From NCBI GenBank assembly GCA_039799905.1, contig JBDLRP010000024.1, positions 15,064-79,063 of the forward strand: a stretch of 64,000 nucleotides of DNA, in the 5' to 3' direction. Position 1 is the first letter of the stretch. Each line of letters opens with the position of its first letter. Source of the stretch: Pseudomonadota bacterium (GTDB taxonomy: Bacteria; Bdellovibrionota_B; Oligoflexia; Silvanigrellales; Silvanigrellaceae). The notes under the pieces were generated by a model. That model was not told the DNA's origin. It made no database searches and saw only the letters and a program-made list of their open reading frames with translations. Positions 8,569-18,597 of this stretch are shown piece by piece. A program made the position numbers and the translations under genes.

Positions 8569-9579
8569 TCATGACTCTCTGAAAAGGTGCTCAGCTGCCC
8601 ATTGCGCATAATAGGTCACAATCAAATCAGCTCCTGCGCGTTTCATGGATGTGAGGGTTTCGAGTACGGCAGGTTTTTCGTCGAGCCAGTCACGTTCAAC
8701 AGCAGCCTTGAGCATCGCGTACTCACCACTGACGTGATACATCACCAGCGGTTTTTGTGTCCGTTCGCGCAGTCTGCAGAGAATATCAAGGTAACAAAGC
8801 CCCGGCTTGACCATAATGAGATCCGCGCCCTCGGCTTCGTCATATTCAGCCTCGAGCAGAGCCTCGCGCACGTTTGTGTAATTCAGCTGGTAGGTTTTCT
8901 TATCCAGACCGCGTGCGCCCGAGCCGACAGCTTCGCGGAATGGTCCGTAAAATGCTGATGCGTACTTCGCGCTGTAGGCTAAAATTCCAACCTGTGAAAA
9001 TTGCTGTGCGTCGAGTGCCTTGCGGATGGCTCCGACGCGCCCGTCCATCATGTCGCTCGGCGCAACAAAATGCACGCCGGCCTTGGCCAGCGAAAGAGAC
9101 ATCTTGACGAGCGCGGAAACCGTTTCGTCATTGAGAATGTTGCCATCCGCTCCGAGAATTCCGTCATGCCCGTGCGAGGTGAACGGGTCGAGTGCGACAT
9201 CCGCCATCACCAGCAGTTCAGGTGCAGTCTGGCGCACTAAAGCAACTGCCTTTTGAATAAGCCCGTTCGGATTGTACGCTTCTTCGCCCTCGTTGGTTTT
9301 TTTTGCCGGAGCGACAACCGGAAAAAGCAGAACAGACTTCAGTCCGAGGGTTTTGATACGGAGAACTTCTGCGGCCAATTCGCTCAGCGGAATGCGCTCA
9401 ACCCCGGGCAGACTGCTGATGGGTGTGCGCTTGTCGTTGATTTCTGTGACGAAGATCGGACAAATGAGGTCTGCTTTGCTGACCCTGTTCTCGGCGACCA
9501 TCTCGCGCAGGGCGCTGTTTTGTCGCAGGCGGCGCAGGCGCTGGTGCGGATGTCCAATCGAGTTCGTTTCGTTGCTCAT
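8569..9579 (-). CDS. hemB: porphobilinogen synthase (ALA dehydratase)
   Basis: RLRRLR, DVALDPFTSHGHDG, APSDMMDGRV, SAKYASAFYGPFREA, MVKPG, YHVSGEYAM. Confidence 0.97.
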   Translation of the reverse strand: MSNETNSIGHPHQRLRRLRQNSALREMVAENRVSKADLICPIFVTEINDKRTPISSLPGVERIPLSELAAEVLRIKTLGLKSVLLFPVVAPAKKTNEGEEAYNPNGLIQKAVALVRQTAPELLVMADVALDPFTSHGHDGILGADGNILNDETVSALVKMSLSLAKAGVHFVAPSDMMDGRVGAIRKALDAQQFSQVGILAYSAKYASAFYGPFREAVGSGARGLDKKTYQLNYTNVREALLEAEYDEAEGADLIMVKPGLCYLDILCRLRERTQKPLVMYHVSGEYAMLKAAVERDWLDEKPAVLETLTSMKRAGADLIVTYYAQWAAEHLFRES

Positions 9580-9637
9580 GCGTATTTCTCCGAAGAATGA
9601 ACCGGTGTTTGCTTGTTCGCTTTATTCAATAAAAGAA

Positions 9638-10456
9638 TTACAACTGACGCAACTGTCCGCCGTCTGCAATGATGGTCTGGCCGGTCAGCGATCTGCTGGC
9701 GCTCGAAAAAAGGAACACGCACAACTCGGCAATTTCTGCCGGCTCGAGAAGTCTGTTGAGCGGAGAGAGTGCCGCCCACTGTTGTTCGACTTTCAGCAGT
9801 GTCTCGGCGGTCACGGCGCCGAATTGCTGTTGCGCAGTATAGGCCTGCAGCTCACCGAGTTTGTCGGTGCGTACATATCCGGGCGCAAGCGTGTTGACGC
9901 GCACTCCCCTGCGTCCGCCTTCCTCGGCAAACGCCTTCATTAGCGCCATGAGAGCACTGCGGTAGGCTCCCGAGAGCGGCAGACTTGGATTGAGTTCGCG
10001 GACAGTCGTGCTGGAGATGGCCACAAGGCTGCCTTTGCCTTCCTCAAGATGAGGAAACAATGCCTGAGTCAACAGGGCAGGGCCACGCAGCAAAAGGGCA
10101 TGGGCAAGGTCATAGTCTGCGGCTTTAAACTGCAGCAGCTGACCGCCGTGTGGTCCGCCACCGTTAATCAGCACGCCGCGGAATGTTACGTTAGTCACTT
10201 GACGCGAGACGTTTTCAAGGAGATTTGGATCGGTGAGGTCCAGTGCCACTGGAACGACGTTTTTTGCACCAGACAAGCGCAGTTGTTGCGCGGTTGCTTG
10301 CAGTGACTGGGGGTTCCGAGCCATGATCCACAACGATGCACCGCGAAGGGCGAGTTGCTGCGCAATCTCGAATCCCATTCCCGAGGTGCCTCCGGTGATC
10401 CAGAAATTGCAGTTGTCAAATTCCGGACCCGTGGGCGGCTGGAATGGCTGTGGCAT
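9638..10456 (-). CDS. short-chain dehydrogenase/reductase with an atypical active site (S..R instead of YxxxK)
   Basis: ITGGTSGMG nucleotide-binding loop, NGGGP, LPLSGAYRSAL, GVRVNTLAPG, TGQTIIADGG. Confidence 0.88.
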   Translation of the reverse strand: MPQPFQPPTGPEFDNCNFWITGGTSGMGFEIAQQLALRGASLWIMARNPQSLQATAQQLRLSGAKNVVPVALDLTDPNLLENVSRQVTNVTFRGVLINGGGPHGGQLLQFKAADYDLAHALLLRGPALLTQALFPHLEEGKGSLVAISSTTVRELNPSLPLSGAYRSALMALMKAFAEEGGRRGVRVNTLAPGYVRTDKLGELQAYTAQQQFGAVTAETLLKVEQQWAALSPLNRLLEPAEIAELCVFLFSSASRSLTGQTIIADGGQLRQL

Positions 10457-10581
10457 TGGCTGGCTCCTTCCGACAGAATGCTAAGGTACCAAGTTCTTGG
10501 ATTCAGTGTCTCGGCAAACAGCCTGTCCTGCAAGTGAGGGGCAGCGCATTGCGGGGAAAAGTTTAGAAGAGGTTGAACCAC

Positions 10582-11190
10582 ATGCCATTAGTCCCAATAG
10601 TCGTTGAGCAGACCAACCGTGGTGAGCGCAGTTATGATATCTGGTCCAGACTTTTAAAGGACCGGATCGTGTTCCTCGGCACACCCGTTTACGACGAAGT
10701 GGCGAATCTGATTGTAGCTCAGTTGCTGTTTCTCGAATCTCAGGATCCGGAGAAAGACATCAACTTCTACATCAACAGTCCGGGTGGCAGTGTGACGGCA
10801 GGTCTCGCCATTTACGACGCCATGCAGGTGATTCGCCCGCAGGTCAGAACCTACTGCATCGGCCAGTGTGCAAGTGCGGCCGCTTTGTTGTTGGCGGCTG
10901 GAGCAAAAGGCAAGCGCTACGCGCTGCCCAACAGCCGAGTGATGATTCACCAGCCGTCCGGCGGTGCCGGCGGACAGGCTTCGGATATTGCCATCCAGGC
11001 GCGTGAAATTTTGTCGCTGAAAAAACGTCTCAATGAAATCTTGGCGCTGCATACCGGCAAATCTGTTAAGGAAATTGAGGCCGATGCGGAGCGTGACTTC
11101 TTCATGGGTGCGAAGGAGGCTAAGGATTATGGAATTGTGGACGATTTATTGATGCCGCGTTCGGACCGGCCAGCTTACACTGGCTTGTGA
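10582..11190 (+). CDS. clpP: ATP-dependent Clp protease proteolytic subunit
   Basis: [35 protein letters not shown], catalytic S (QCAS), H (IHQP) and D (ERDF). Confidence 0.98.
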   Translation: MPLVPIVVEQTNRGERSYDIWSRLLKDRIVFLGTPVYDEVANLIVAQLLFLESQDPEKDINFYINSPGGSVTAGLAIYDAMQVIRPQVRTYCIGQCASAAALLLAAGAKGKRYALPNSRVMIHQPSGGAGGQASDIAIQAREILSLKKRLNEILALHTGKSVKEIEADAERDFFMGAKEAKDYGIVDDLLMPRSDRPAYTGL

Positions 11191-11262
11191 AGGATTTCGG
11201 CAGGTTAACTTGGGACTGAGTTTTTTGTTTTTTGGCTCGCAGACGGATGAGGGTGCAACCCT

Positions 11263-12654
11263 ATGACAACTCACGGAATTGACTTCTCGGCAAGCCGCGG
11301 CAACGGCGGCAACCTCCATGGACTCCATTGCAGCTTTTGCGGCAAGAGCCAGCGCGAGGTGAAAAAACTTATTGCCGGTCCCAATGTATATATCTGCGAT
11401 GAGTGTATTGCGCTGTGCAACGACATCATTGCCGAAGAGATGGAAAAAGATGATGTCGTCGGAGCAGTTGAAGGCGTCCCTAGTCCGTCTGAAATCAAGA
11501 AAGTTCTCGACGAATACGTGATCGGGCAGGAACGTGCGAAGCGGGTTCTGTCGGTTGCTGTTCATAACCATTATAAACGTATTGAGCATTCAAACGCCCA
11601 GTCCAAGGAAGAAGTCGAGCTCGCGAAGAGCAACATTCTTCTCATCGGTCCGACAGGTTCGGGTAAGACTTTGCTGGCGCAGAGTATGGCCCGCATCCTA
11701 CAAGTGCCGTTCACGATCGCTGATGCGACCAACCTCACCGAGGCAGGTTATGTAGGTGAGGATGTGGAAAACATCATTCTCAACCTTCTGCAGGCTGCTG
11801 ACTTTGATGTCGAGCAGGCACAAAAGGGAATCGCCTACATCGACGAAATCGACAAGATTGCGCGCAAAGGCGAGAACACCTCAATCACACGCGACGTGTC
11901 GGGCGAGGGTGTGCAGCAGGCGCTGCTCAAGTTGCTGGAAGGAACTGTTTCCAACGTTCCACCGCGCGGCGGCCGCAAGCATCCGCAGCAGGAATTCCTG
12001 CAGGTGGATACAACGAACATCCTGTTCATTTGCGGCGGTGCATTCGCCGGACTCGAGGAAATTATCCGTGCACGCATGGATTCCAACTCGATGGGTTTCG
12101 GTGCAGACGTCAAGAGCCGTGCAAAACTGAACGTCACTGAGCTTTTTGCAAAAGTGCGTGTTGAGGATCTCCTGAAATTCGGGATGATTCCCGAGTTCAT
12201 GGGTCGTTTGCCGGTCGTTGTGACGCTTGCAGAACTCGACGATGTGGCGCTGGTGAAGATTCTCTCGGAACCGAAGAATGCAATCGTCAAGCAGTACCAG
12301 CGTTTGTTCGCCTACGAGCGGGTCAATCTGGTGTTTGAACCGGAAGCTCTTTCGGCTGTTGCGCACGAAGCGCTCAAGCGAAAAACCGGTGCGCGCGGAC
12401 TTCGTGCGATCCTCGAAGACGTCATGCTAGACACAATGTTCGAGCTTCCGAGCATGAAGAATGTGAAGGATGTGATCGTCTCTGCAGAATGCATCACCGA
12501 TTACAAGGCGCCACAGTACCTTTACTTCACCGAAGACGAGATTGCGGCCCGCAACGAACGGCTTGCAGCGAAGGCGTCGGCCGGGACACCGGCTCAGACT
12601 GCAACAGCTCCGAGCAAAACCACGGCTGCAAAATCGACCGGTTCAAAAAAATAA
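11263..12654 (+). CDS. clpX: Clp protease ATP-binding subunit ClpX
   Basis: CSFCGK..CDEC zinc domain, [43 protein letters not shown]. Confidence 0.98.
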   Translation: MTTHGIDFSASRGNGGNLHGLHCSFCGKSQREVKKLIAGPNVYICDECIALCNDIIAEEMEKDDVVGAVEGVPSPSEIKKVLDEYVIGQERAKRVLSVAVHNHYKRIEHSNAQSKEEVELAKSNILLIGPTGSGKTLLAQSMARILQVPFTIADATNLTEAGYVGEDVENIILNLLQAADFDVEQAQKGIAYIDEIDKIARKGENTSITRDVSGEGVQQALLKLLEGTVSNVPPRGGRKHPQQEFLQVDTTNILFICGGAFAGLEEIIRARMDSNSMGFGADVKSRAKLNVTELFAKVRVEDLLKFGMIPEFMGRLPVVVTLAELDDVALVKILSEPKNAIVKQYQRLFAYERVNLVFEPEALSAVAHEALKRKTGARGLRAILEDVMLDTMFELPSMKNVKDVIVSAECITDYKAPQYLYFTEDEIAARNERLAAKASAGTPAQTATAPSKTTAAKSTGSKK

Positions 12655-12675
12655 CAGTACTCTGATTATTGATTG

Positions 12676-12715
12676 AGCATCCCGCGTGCAAAATGCACTC
12701 GGGATGCTTTTTTTT
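12676..12715 (+). terminator. intrinsic terminator after clpX
   Basis: Stem AGCATCCCG-C-GTGCA / TGCAC-T-CGGGATGCT followed by a T-run. Confidence 0.85.
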
Positions 12716-12815
12716 CCCTACACTTCGACATTTTCACGACTCACCAGCATGCCGCCCGTTCCTTCACAATGAAATTGGAGCACGACCACCGGTCAGCGCA
12801 AGGAGATCGCACGGC

Positions 12816-15305
12816 ATGCAGGCTGTTCAAGATAAACTTCCAGAGCAACTCCCCCTGCTTCCTCTCAAAGACATCGTTGTTTTCCCGCAGATGATTCTTC
12901 CGGTGTTTATCGCCGAAGATGTTTGCATGAAAGCAGTGGAAGCATCGATGGCGAAGGACAAATTGATTCTCCTGTCGGCCTTTCAGGTGGACGGTGCCGT
13001 CAATCCCTCGCAAAATTCCGAGGTCACTCAAGACAGCCCCGAGCTCGCTGCCAATAGTCCTGTTCCATTTGACGTCTATGACGTCGGAACTGTGGCTATG
13101 GTCATGCGCACCCGTCGCTTGCCTGATGGCCGCGTGAAAGTGTTGATTCAAGGCTTGCGTAAAGCTCGCATCACGTCTTTGGCGCAGCAGGAACCCTTTC
13201 CGTTGGTCAACGTTTCGGCCATCGCCGACGCCGCACTGACGACTGCCAACAGTGCTGAAGCAGAAGCGCTCATGAGAACAACGCGCGAGCAGCTGGAAAA
13301 ACTGGTCGCACTTGGACGAGCTCTGACACCAGACATTCTTGTGCTGCTTGAGGACGTCACAGAAGCCGGCCGACTTGCAGATCTCATTGCCAGCAACATG
13401 AACCTCCGCATTTGTGACGCGCAGTGGATTCTTGCCACCAACGGTGGACTCGAGAGACTCCGCCGCGTGCATAAGCTTCTGGTTCGCGAGCTTGAAGTTT
13501 CGAGCGCTCAGGCGCGCATTCAGACAGCGGCGAAGGAAGAAGTCGGTCGTGCGAGCCGCGAGCACTATTTGCGCGAACAATTGCGCGCTATTCGCTCTGA
13601 ATTGGGTGAAATGGACGGCAAGGACGACCTCGAAGAGCTGCGCGATCGTGTGCAGCGCTCACAGATGTCGGCCGAAGCTTTGACCGAGGCAGGCAAGCAG
13701 CTCAAGCGTCTTGAACGCATGAATCAAGATTCCAGCGAGGCTACCATCACACGCACCTACATCGAGTGGCTATGTGATTTGCCATGGGCAAAGCTCAGCG
13801 AAACGAAATTCGACATCGTGCGTTGCAAGGAAGTCCTTGCGGAAGATCACTTCGGCCTTGATAAAGTCAAAGACCGCATACTTGAATTTATTGCCGTGAA
13901 GAAATTGAATCCCGAGGCGAAGGGGCCGATTTTGTGTTTTGTCGGACCTCCTGGAGTTGGCAAGACAAGCCTGGGTCGTTCGATTGCCAAGGCACTTGGA
14001 CGCAAGTTTGTTCGTCTGAGCTTGGGTGGCATGCGCGACGAGGCGGAAATTCGCGGCCACAGACGCACCTACGTCGGCTCGCAGCCGGGCCGTCTCATTC
14101 AGGCGTTGAAAAATGTTCAGGTCCGAAATCCAGTCATCATGCTCGATGAGCTCGATAAACTGGGCTCCGACTATAAAGGTGATCCTGCTTCAGCATTGCT
14201 TGAGGTGCTTGATCCGGAGCAGAACCACACGTTTTCGGACCATTATATCAATCTGCCGTTTGATTTGAGCCAGGTGATGTTCATTGCCAACGCAAACCGG
14301 TTGGACACCATTCCAGCACCGCTGCGCGACCGCCTCGAGATAATCGAAGTGAGCGGCTACAGTGAGGATGAAAAGCGCGAGATTGCCAAACAGTACATTA
14401 TTCCGAAATCCATCGAGCAGACCGGCTTGACTGCCGATTTGGTGCAGTTTCAGGATGCGGCGGTTGAGTTGATGATCAACAACTACACGCGTGAATCCGG
14501 ACTGCGCAATCTGGAAAAACACATCGGTGCCATTACCAGAAAAATCGCCCGCAATGTGGCTGAGTCCGATGCTTCCGGAAAGTCGCGCAAGTCATGGAAG
14601 GTAACTCCAAAAATCGCACGCGATTTGCTCGGTGAGGAACGCTACATTTCCGAGGAGCATGATTGCAGCGCGCAGAGAATCGGAGTCGCTACGGGCCTCG
14701 CGTACACATCTGTGGGCGGAGAGATTCTTTACATCGAAGTGAATCTGTTGCCCGGCAAGGGCGGCATGACTCTCACCGGACAGCTGGGTGACGTCATGAA
14801 GGAGTCAGCGCATGCAGCGTTGAGTCATATCAAAAGCCGTTCGCAACAGCTGGGCATCGATTCAAAAGTGTTCTCGGAAACTGATATTCACCTGCATTTC
14901 CCGGCAGGAGCCATCCCCAAGGATGGACCAAGTGCCGGTGTGACGATCGCCTGCGCACTTCTGTCAGCTTTCCTTGGTCGTCCTGTGCGGCAGGATGTTG
15001 CCATGACGGGCGAAGTGACTTTGCACGGACGAGTTCTTCCGATTGGCGGATTGCGTGAAAAGATTCTTGCCGCATTGCGGGTTGGAATCAAAACGGTCTG
15101 TGTTCCTGAGAAGAACAAGGCGGCTGTGGCTGAATTGCCGTCAGCTCTGCGCAAGCGGGTTGAAATTCGCTATGTGGCTCAAATCGATGACCTGTGGAAT
15201 GAAACACTGGTCGGTGGTTTCAAGGCGATCACGACAATCAATGGAGCCGAAGGAGCTGCAAGCTCATCGCATGTGCGGCTGCTTGCCGATACGGTGCAGA
15301 ACTAA
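12816..15305 (+). CDS. lon: Lon protease
   Basis: ATG 12816 after AGGAG; LPLLPLKDIVVFP N-domain, GPPGVGKTS, DEAEIRGHRRTY, PKDGPSAG, GGLREK. Confidence 0.97.
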   Translation: MQAVQDKLPEQLPLLPLKDIVVFPQMILPVFIAEDVCMKAVEASMAKDKLILLSAFQVDGAVNPSQNSEVTQDSPELAANSPVPFDVYDVGTVAMVMRTRRLPDGRVKVLIQGLRKARITSLAQQEPFPLVNVSAIADAALTTANSAEAEALMRTTREQLEKLVALGRALTPDILVLLEDVTEAGRLADLIASNMNLRICDAQWILATNGGLERLRRVHKLLVRELEVSSAQARIQTAAKEEVGRASREHYLREQLRAIRSELGEMDGKDDLEELRDRVQRSQMSAEALTEAGKQLKRLERMNQDSSEATITRTYIEWLCDLPWAKLSETKFDIVRCKEVLAEDHFGLDKVKDRILEFIAVKKLNPEAKGPILCFVGPPGVGKTSLGRSIAKALGRKFVRLSLGGMRDEAEIRGHRRTYVGSQPGRLIQALKNVQVRNPVIMLDELDKLGSDYKGDPASALLEVLDPEQNHTFSDHYINLPFDLSQVMFIANANRLDTIPAPLRDRLEIIEVSGYSEDEKREIAKQYIIPKSIEQTGLTADLVQFQDAAVELMINNYTRESGLRNLEKHIGAITRKIARNVAESDASGKSRKSWKVTPKIARDLLGEERYISEEHDCSAQRIGVATGLAYTSVGGEILYIEVNLLPGKGGMTLTGQLGDVMKESAHAALSHIKSRSQQLGIDSKVFSETDIHLHFPAGAIPKDGPSAGVTIACALLSAFLGRPVRQDVAMTGEVTLHGRVLPIGGLREKILAALRVGIKTVCVPEKNKAAVAELPSALRKRVEIRYVAQIDDLWNETLVGGFKAITTINGAEGAASSSHVRLLADTVQN

Positions 15306-15312
15306 GGCCAAC

Positions 15313-16101
15313 ATGAATTTAACTCGCATGCTCCTTAAAATAATGACTTCGGTTCTGGTTGTACCTGCTTGCTCGTTGCTGATCGCGCAGCCTGCGGGCG
15401 CCGCCCAAAATACAATATCAGGCGGCAAGAAAGGAAACAGCAAACGTAAGAAGAGCGTTGACAATGAGGAGTTTCAAGCATCCGTTCAAAACATCAAGCC
15501 TGACAATTCGGCTACAGCGCGTGAAAATAAAATTTTTGGCGTCGAGGCTTTGTTGACTCCGGTCTCTGATTTTTTCCTCAGTCTGGGTGCCGGTGGTTAT
15601 TGGTCTCAGAGTCCGGATTTGCATCTCGGGGGCTTTTTGCTTTCGGGTGCGCGGGATCTGAAGAGCCAGTTTCCCAGTTCGGGAGGCCTGACTGTGGAAA
15701 CCGCAAAGGTCAGCGCCGCGATGTTTGGAGTTTCTGCGAGATATTTTCTCGGAAATAGTTTTTCCGCAAAAACCGGATTCGCTATTCGCACAGCGAATCT
15801 ATCTCTTGCAGTCCAGGATTCATCCGGAAACAGAGCTGACCTGAGCCAATCCATATTTTCATCAGTTCTTCCGATTGCTATCGGGAACCACTGGTTCTGG
15901 AGAAGCGGTCTGAGCGTTGGAGTAGACTGGCTGATGGTTTCGGTGCCGCTTTCGACTGCATCGACGTTGAAATTATCCAGCAATTCAGTGGGTCAGACAT
16001 CGTTGGACGAGGCGGCGGTAAAGTTTCAGTCTGCCGGAGACAAAACTGCTAAATCAGTGTCTTTGACTCTCGGTTTGCTGTCTGTCGGTTACATTTTTTG
16101 A
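15313..16101 (+). CDS. hypothetical outer-membrane beta-barrel protein
   Basis: Signal peptide (AQPAGA), amphipathic strands (RYFLGNSF, IGNHWFW), C-terminal VGYIF beta-signal. Confidence 0.72.
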   Translation: MNLTRMLLKIMTSVLVVPACSLLIAQPAGAAQNTISGGKKGNSKRKKSVDNEEFQASVQNIKPDNSATARENKIFGVEALLTPVSDFFLSLGAGGYWSQSPDLHLGGFLLSGARDLKSQFPSSGGLTVETAKVSAAMFGVSARYFLGNSFSAKTGFAIRTANLSLAVQDSSGNRADLSQSIFSSVLPIAIGNHWFWRSGLSVGVDWLMVSVPLSTASTLKLSSNSVGQTSLDEAAVKFQSAGDKTAKSVSLTLGLLSVGYIF

Positions 16102-16116
16102 GAATTCACGGTTCAA

Positions 16117-17097
16117 CTAGAACAGCCTCTCACAACGTGCTTTGAGAGCCCGCGAGCGCTTGAGCACTTCTCTGTAGCGTTCGGCGATGGCCGATGGCTG
16201 AGCGTCTGAAAAAATGAAGGAATGCTGCCCTTGGCTCGACGATGCGAAAGTGTCGAAAAGCCCTTCCTTTTGGCACCCCAAAAGATCGGCAAATGCACGC
16301 AGGTTTTCGCCGTCGCCGCGCGCCGACTCCATCCGCAGTGAGTGCAGGTTGGTGTCGATGAAGATTTCCTGTTCTGCCTGCATTTGTTCTTCGTCGACGT
16401 CCACGCAATTGGACGTACCCGTGGTGATGACAATCGACTGCGGAATGATCAGGTCATTGACGATTGAGGCAAGCCATTGCTCAGAGCGCACGTTGTTCTT
16501 GAAGATCATCGAACCCAAGCCGCAACCGGCCATGCCATAGGAGGGCTGGACGTAGCGTTCCGACATTCTGCCTGCAGGAGTCACAGGCGGTTGCGAGGGC
16601 ACTCCCTGCGGGAGTTGCGGAGCCGTTTGTGGCGTCACCTGCAAGGGTTGTTGGATTGAATTGTCAGAAGGAAGTTGCGGTTGGCTGGAGGGTGCAGCTC
16701 CCTGCGACGGCACCTGAATCGGCGGTTCAAATGACATCTGAGTCGGGACTTGCACGGGAACCGGCGGCGGAACAACGACAGGCTGTTCTGTGACGGGTGT
16801 TCCCTGTTGTGGTTGTACCTGAGAAGGGATTTGCACCGGAGCCCCCTGCATTGGTTGCGCCTGAGAAGGGATTTGCACCGGAGCCCCCTGCATTGGTTGC
16901 GCTTGCGAAGGGATTTGCACTGGAGCATTTTGTTGCTGCGGCACTTGGTTTTGTTGTTCGGTTTTAGGAATTGGCCTGCCGAGGCCGCCCATCGAACGAC
17001 TCGTGCGTGCCTGTGCCCATGCGGCGGACTCACCGGCACACAACAGGGCAAAAACCGAAACCGACGTCATTTTGATTTTATTCATGTCAGACCTCAT
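16117..17097 (-). CDS. DUF3015-family secreted protein with a long Pro/Gln-rich N-terminal linker
   Basis: YGMAGCGLGSMIF, TTGTSNC, ESARGDGENLRAFADLLGC. Start overlaps the upstream paralog's stop (ATGA). Confidence 0.82.
   Translation of the reverse strand: MRSDMNKIKMTSVSVFALLCAGESAAWAQARTSRSMGGLGRPIPKTEQQNQVPQQQNAPVQIPSQAQPMQGAPVQIPSQAQPMQGAPVQIPSQVQPQQGTPVTEQPVVVPPPVPVQVPTQMSFEPPIQVPSQGAAPSSQPQLPSDNSIQQPLQVTPQTAPQLPQGVPSQPPVTPAGRMSERYVQPSYGMAGCGLGSMIFKNNVRSEQWLASIVNDLIIPQSIVITTGTSNCVDVDEEQMQAEQEIFIDTNLHSLRMESARGDGENLRAFADLLGCQKEGLFDTFASSSQGQHSFIFSDAQPSAIAERYREVLKRSRALKARCERLF
16818..16926. repeat. 42-bp coding tandem repeat: two exact copies plus one partial copy (APVQIPSQAQPMQG)
   Basis: CCTGAGAAGGGATTTGCACCGGAGCCCCCTGCATTGGTTGCG at 16818-16859 and 16860-16901; degenerate copy to 16926. 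Confidence 0.95.
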
Positions 17098-17666
17098 CGG
17101 GCACCTGCACGGCCGGTTGGCAGTGCGGCATATTTACATGAGGATTGCAGTTGTTGGTCGGCGGAAATCTTTTCTTTCAAAGATTGCAGCGCTGCCATGG
17201 CTCCGGGCTGTGAAAAAATACTGCTGTAGTTCTGCTGCGCGAGGCGTGCGAAGCGTTGTTGTTCTGAGTCTTCGCAACCGAGAGTCTTGGCCAGACCTGC
17301 GATTGTATCGCCTCGTCCCTGCGCGGCATCGCGCGCGATGTCGCGGTAGTTGTTGGCGATAAAATGTTCCTGCTCGAGCATGACCTGACGCGAGTTTTCG
17401 GACTGACAGTTGGAGGTTCCGCTCGAGATCATGAACACCTGATTCCACGCGAAGCCGTTGATGAACGAAGTGATAAAATGCGGGCCATTGGGGAGCAGGA
17501 TGGAACCCAAGCCGCAACCTGCCATACCATAGCGGCGTGTTGGCGTGGGCGGATTGACGACTGACCAGCCGCCGGTGTCGGGTCCCTGCTGTGCATGTGC
17601 CTGCGGAATCGCCAAAGCAATTCCCAGCACGCAGAGTAAAAGAGTTCGGCTCAATGGGGAACGCAT
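17094..17666 (-). CDS. DUF3015-family secreted protein
   Basis: ATG 17666 after AAGGAG; signal peptide; YGMAGCGLGS, SSGTSNC, DAAQGRGDTIAGLAKTLGC. Confidence 0.85.
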   Translation of the reverse strand: MRSPLSRTLLLCVLGIALAIPQAHAQQGPDTGGWSVVNPPTPTRRYGMAGCGLGSILLPNGPHFITSFINGFAWNQVFMISSGTSNCQSENSRQVMLEQEHFIANNYRDIARDAAQGRGDTIAGLAKTLGCEDSEQQRFARLAQQNYSSIFSQPGAMAALQSLKEKISADQQLQSSCKYAALPTGRAGAR

Positions 17667-17868
17667 GACGCTCTCTCCTTTTTTGAACACCTTGATCTTA
17701 ACATCTGCCACTGAAATCACGTAGTCAGGACCCCCGGAGGTGTCAGGCGCCCGCCGTAGTCTGAAAATTTTCCTGAAAACTACTACGATACCTGAGTGTC
17801 GGCGTCTTATTGAATTCGTTGTGAGGCCGTTCCGACCTCTTGTTGAACTCTCAAATTTTGGATGAGAA

Positions 17869-18594
17869 ATGTTTTGTCCGGATTCCACTCCTGCTGCCGA
17901 GTGTGCCTCTTATCGTCCAGGCGATTGGCGACAAGATATGTACACTATTCCGCTCGAAGCGTTGTCTGTTGCAGTCGTGAGCTCGATAAAGCCACCTGCG
18001 GAGCCGCGCTGGCCATTTTCAGGTGAAAAAACCGATAAGGAACGCCAACCGACACGTCATCCGGGCTTGTTTGCCGCAGGACTTGGCTTGGGAGTTTCGC
18101 TGCCGCTCACGGCCGCACTTGTTGCCGATGATCCAGACTTTCCGGTTTTGACTCACGTGCGTGGATTGATACACACACATCTTTGGACTGAATTCGCGAC
18201 TTCTTCGGCAAAGAATTACTTTGGGCGGCAGAGGCCGTTTTACGACACTGAACTGCGCAACGGCAGAGCTGGTATCGACGATCGTCGCTCGTTTTTCAGC
18301 GGTCATTCAGCCCATTCATTTGCATTCACCGGTTATCTTACGCAGCTTGCGCTCAATGAACTGAAAGACAGTGCGCAGGCATGGTTCTTTGTAACACTCC
18401 TCAATGGTGTTGCCGTGTGGGTCGGCGCCTCACGGGCAGTCGATCATCAGCACAACTGGAGCGACGTGCTCACGGGCGCCGTTGTTGGAGGCGGGACTGG
18501 TTACTTGATATATCATCAGGTCGCACGGAGCAGCGGTCTCTCAGTTCAGTTTTCTCCAGACGGAAAAAAAGTCACCCTCAGTGCGGCGCTTTGA
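17869..18594 (+). CDS. PAP2-family membrane phosphatase
   Basis: KNYFGRQRP (C1), SFFSGHS (C2), SRAVDHQHNWSDV (C3). Start uncertain (17869 or 17938). Confidence 0.88.
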   Translation: MFCPDSTPAAECASYRPGDWRQDMYTIPLEALSVAVVSSIKPPAEPRWPFSGEKTDKERQPTRHPGLFAAGLGLGVSLPLTAALVADDPDFPVLTHVRGLIHTHLWTEFATSSAKNYFGRQRPFYDTELRNGRAGIDDRRSFFSGHSAHSFAFTGYLTQLALNELKDSAQAWFFVTLLNGVAVWVGASRAVDHQHNWSDVLTGAVVGGGTGYLIYHQVARSSGLSVQFSPDGKKVTLSAAL

Positions 18595-18597
18595 TGG

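Noticed and set aside
10458..10484. GAATGCTAA upstream of clpP as a CIRCE element
   Set aside because: Only the right half resembles CIRCE; the left half 9 nt away (GGCTGGCTC) does not match TTAGCACTC.
12085..12105. ClpX IGF loop reads MGF
   Set aside because: This is a conservative variant and gives no evidence of altered function.
12669..12815. N-terminal extensions in the ORF track (lon, asnS, uppS, phoR, hemL, 44033-45268, 15043-16101, 17094-17888)
   Set aside because: They cross terminators or neighbouring genes; downstream ATGs have better RBSs and match the expected protein starts.
16818..16926. 42-bp direct repeats as a possible CRISPR array
   Set aside because: The units are contiguous with no spacers, in frame inside a CDS, and no cas genes are present.
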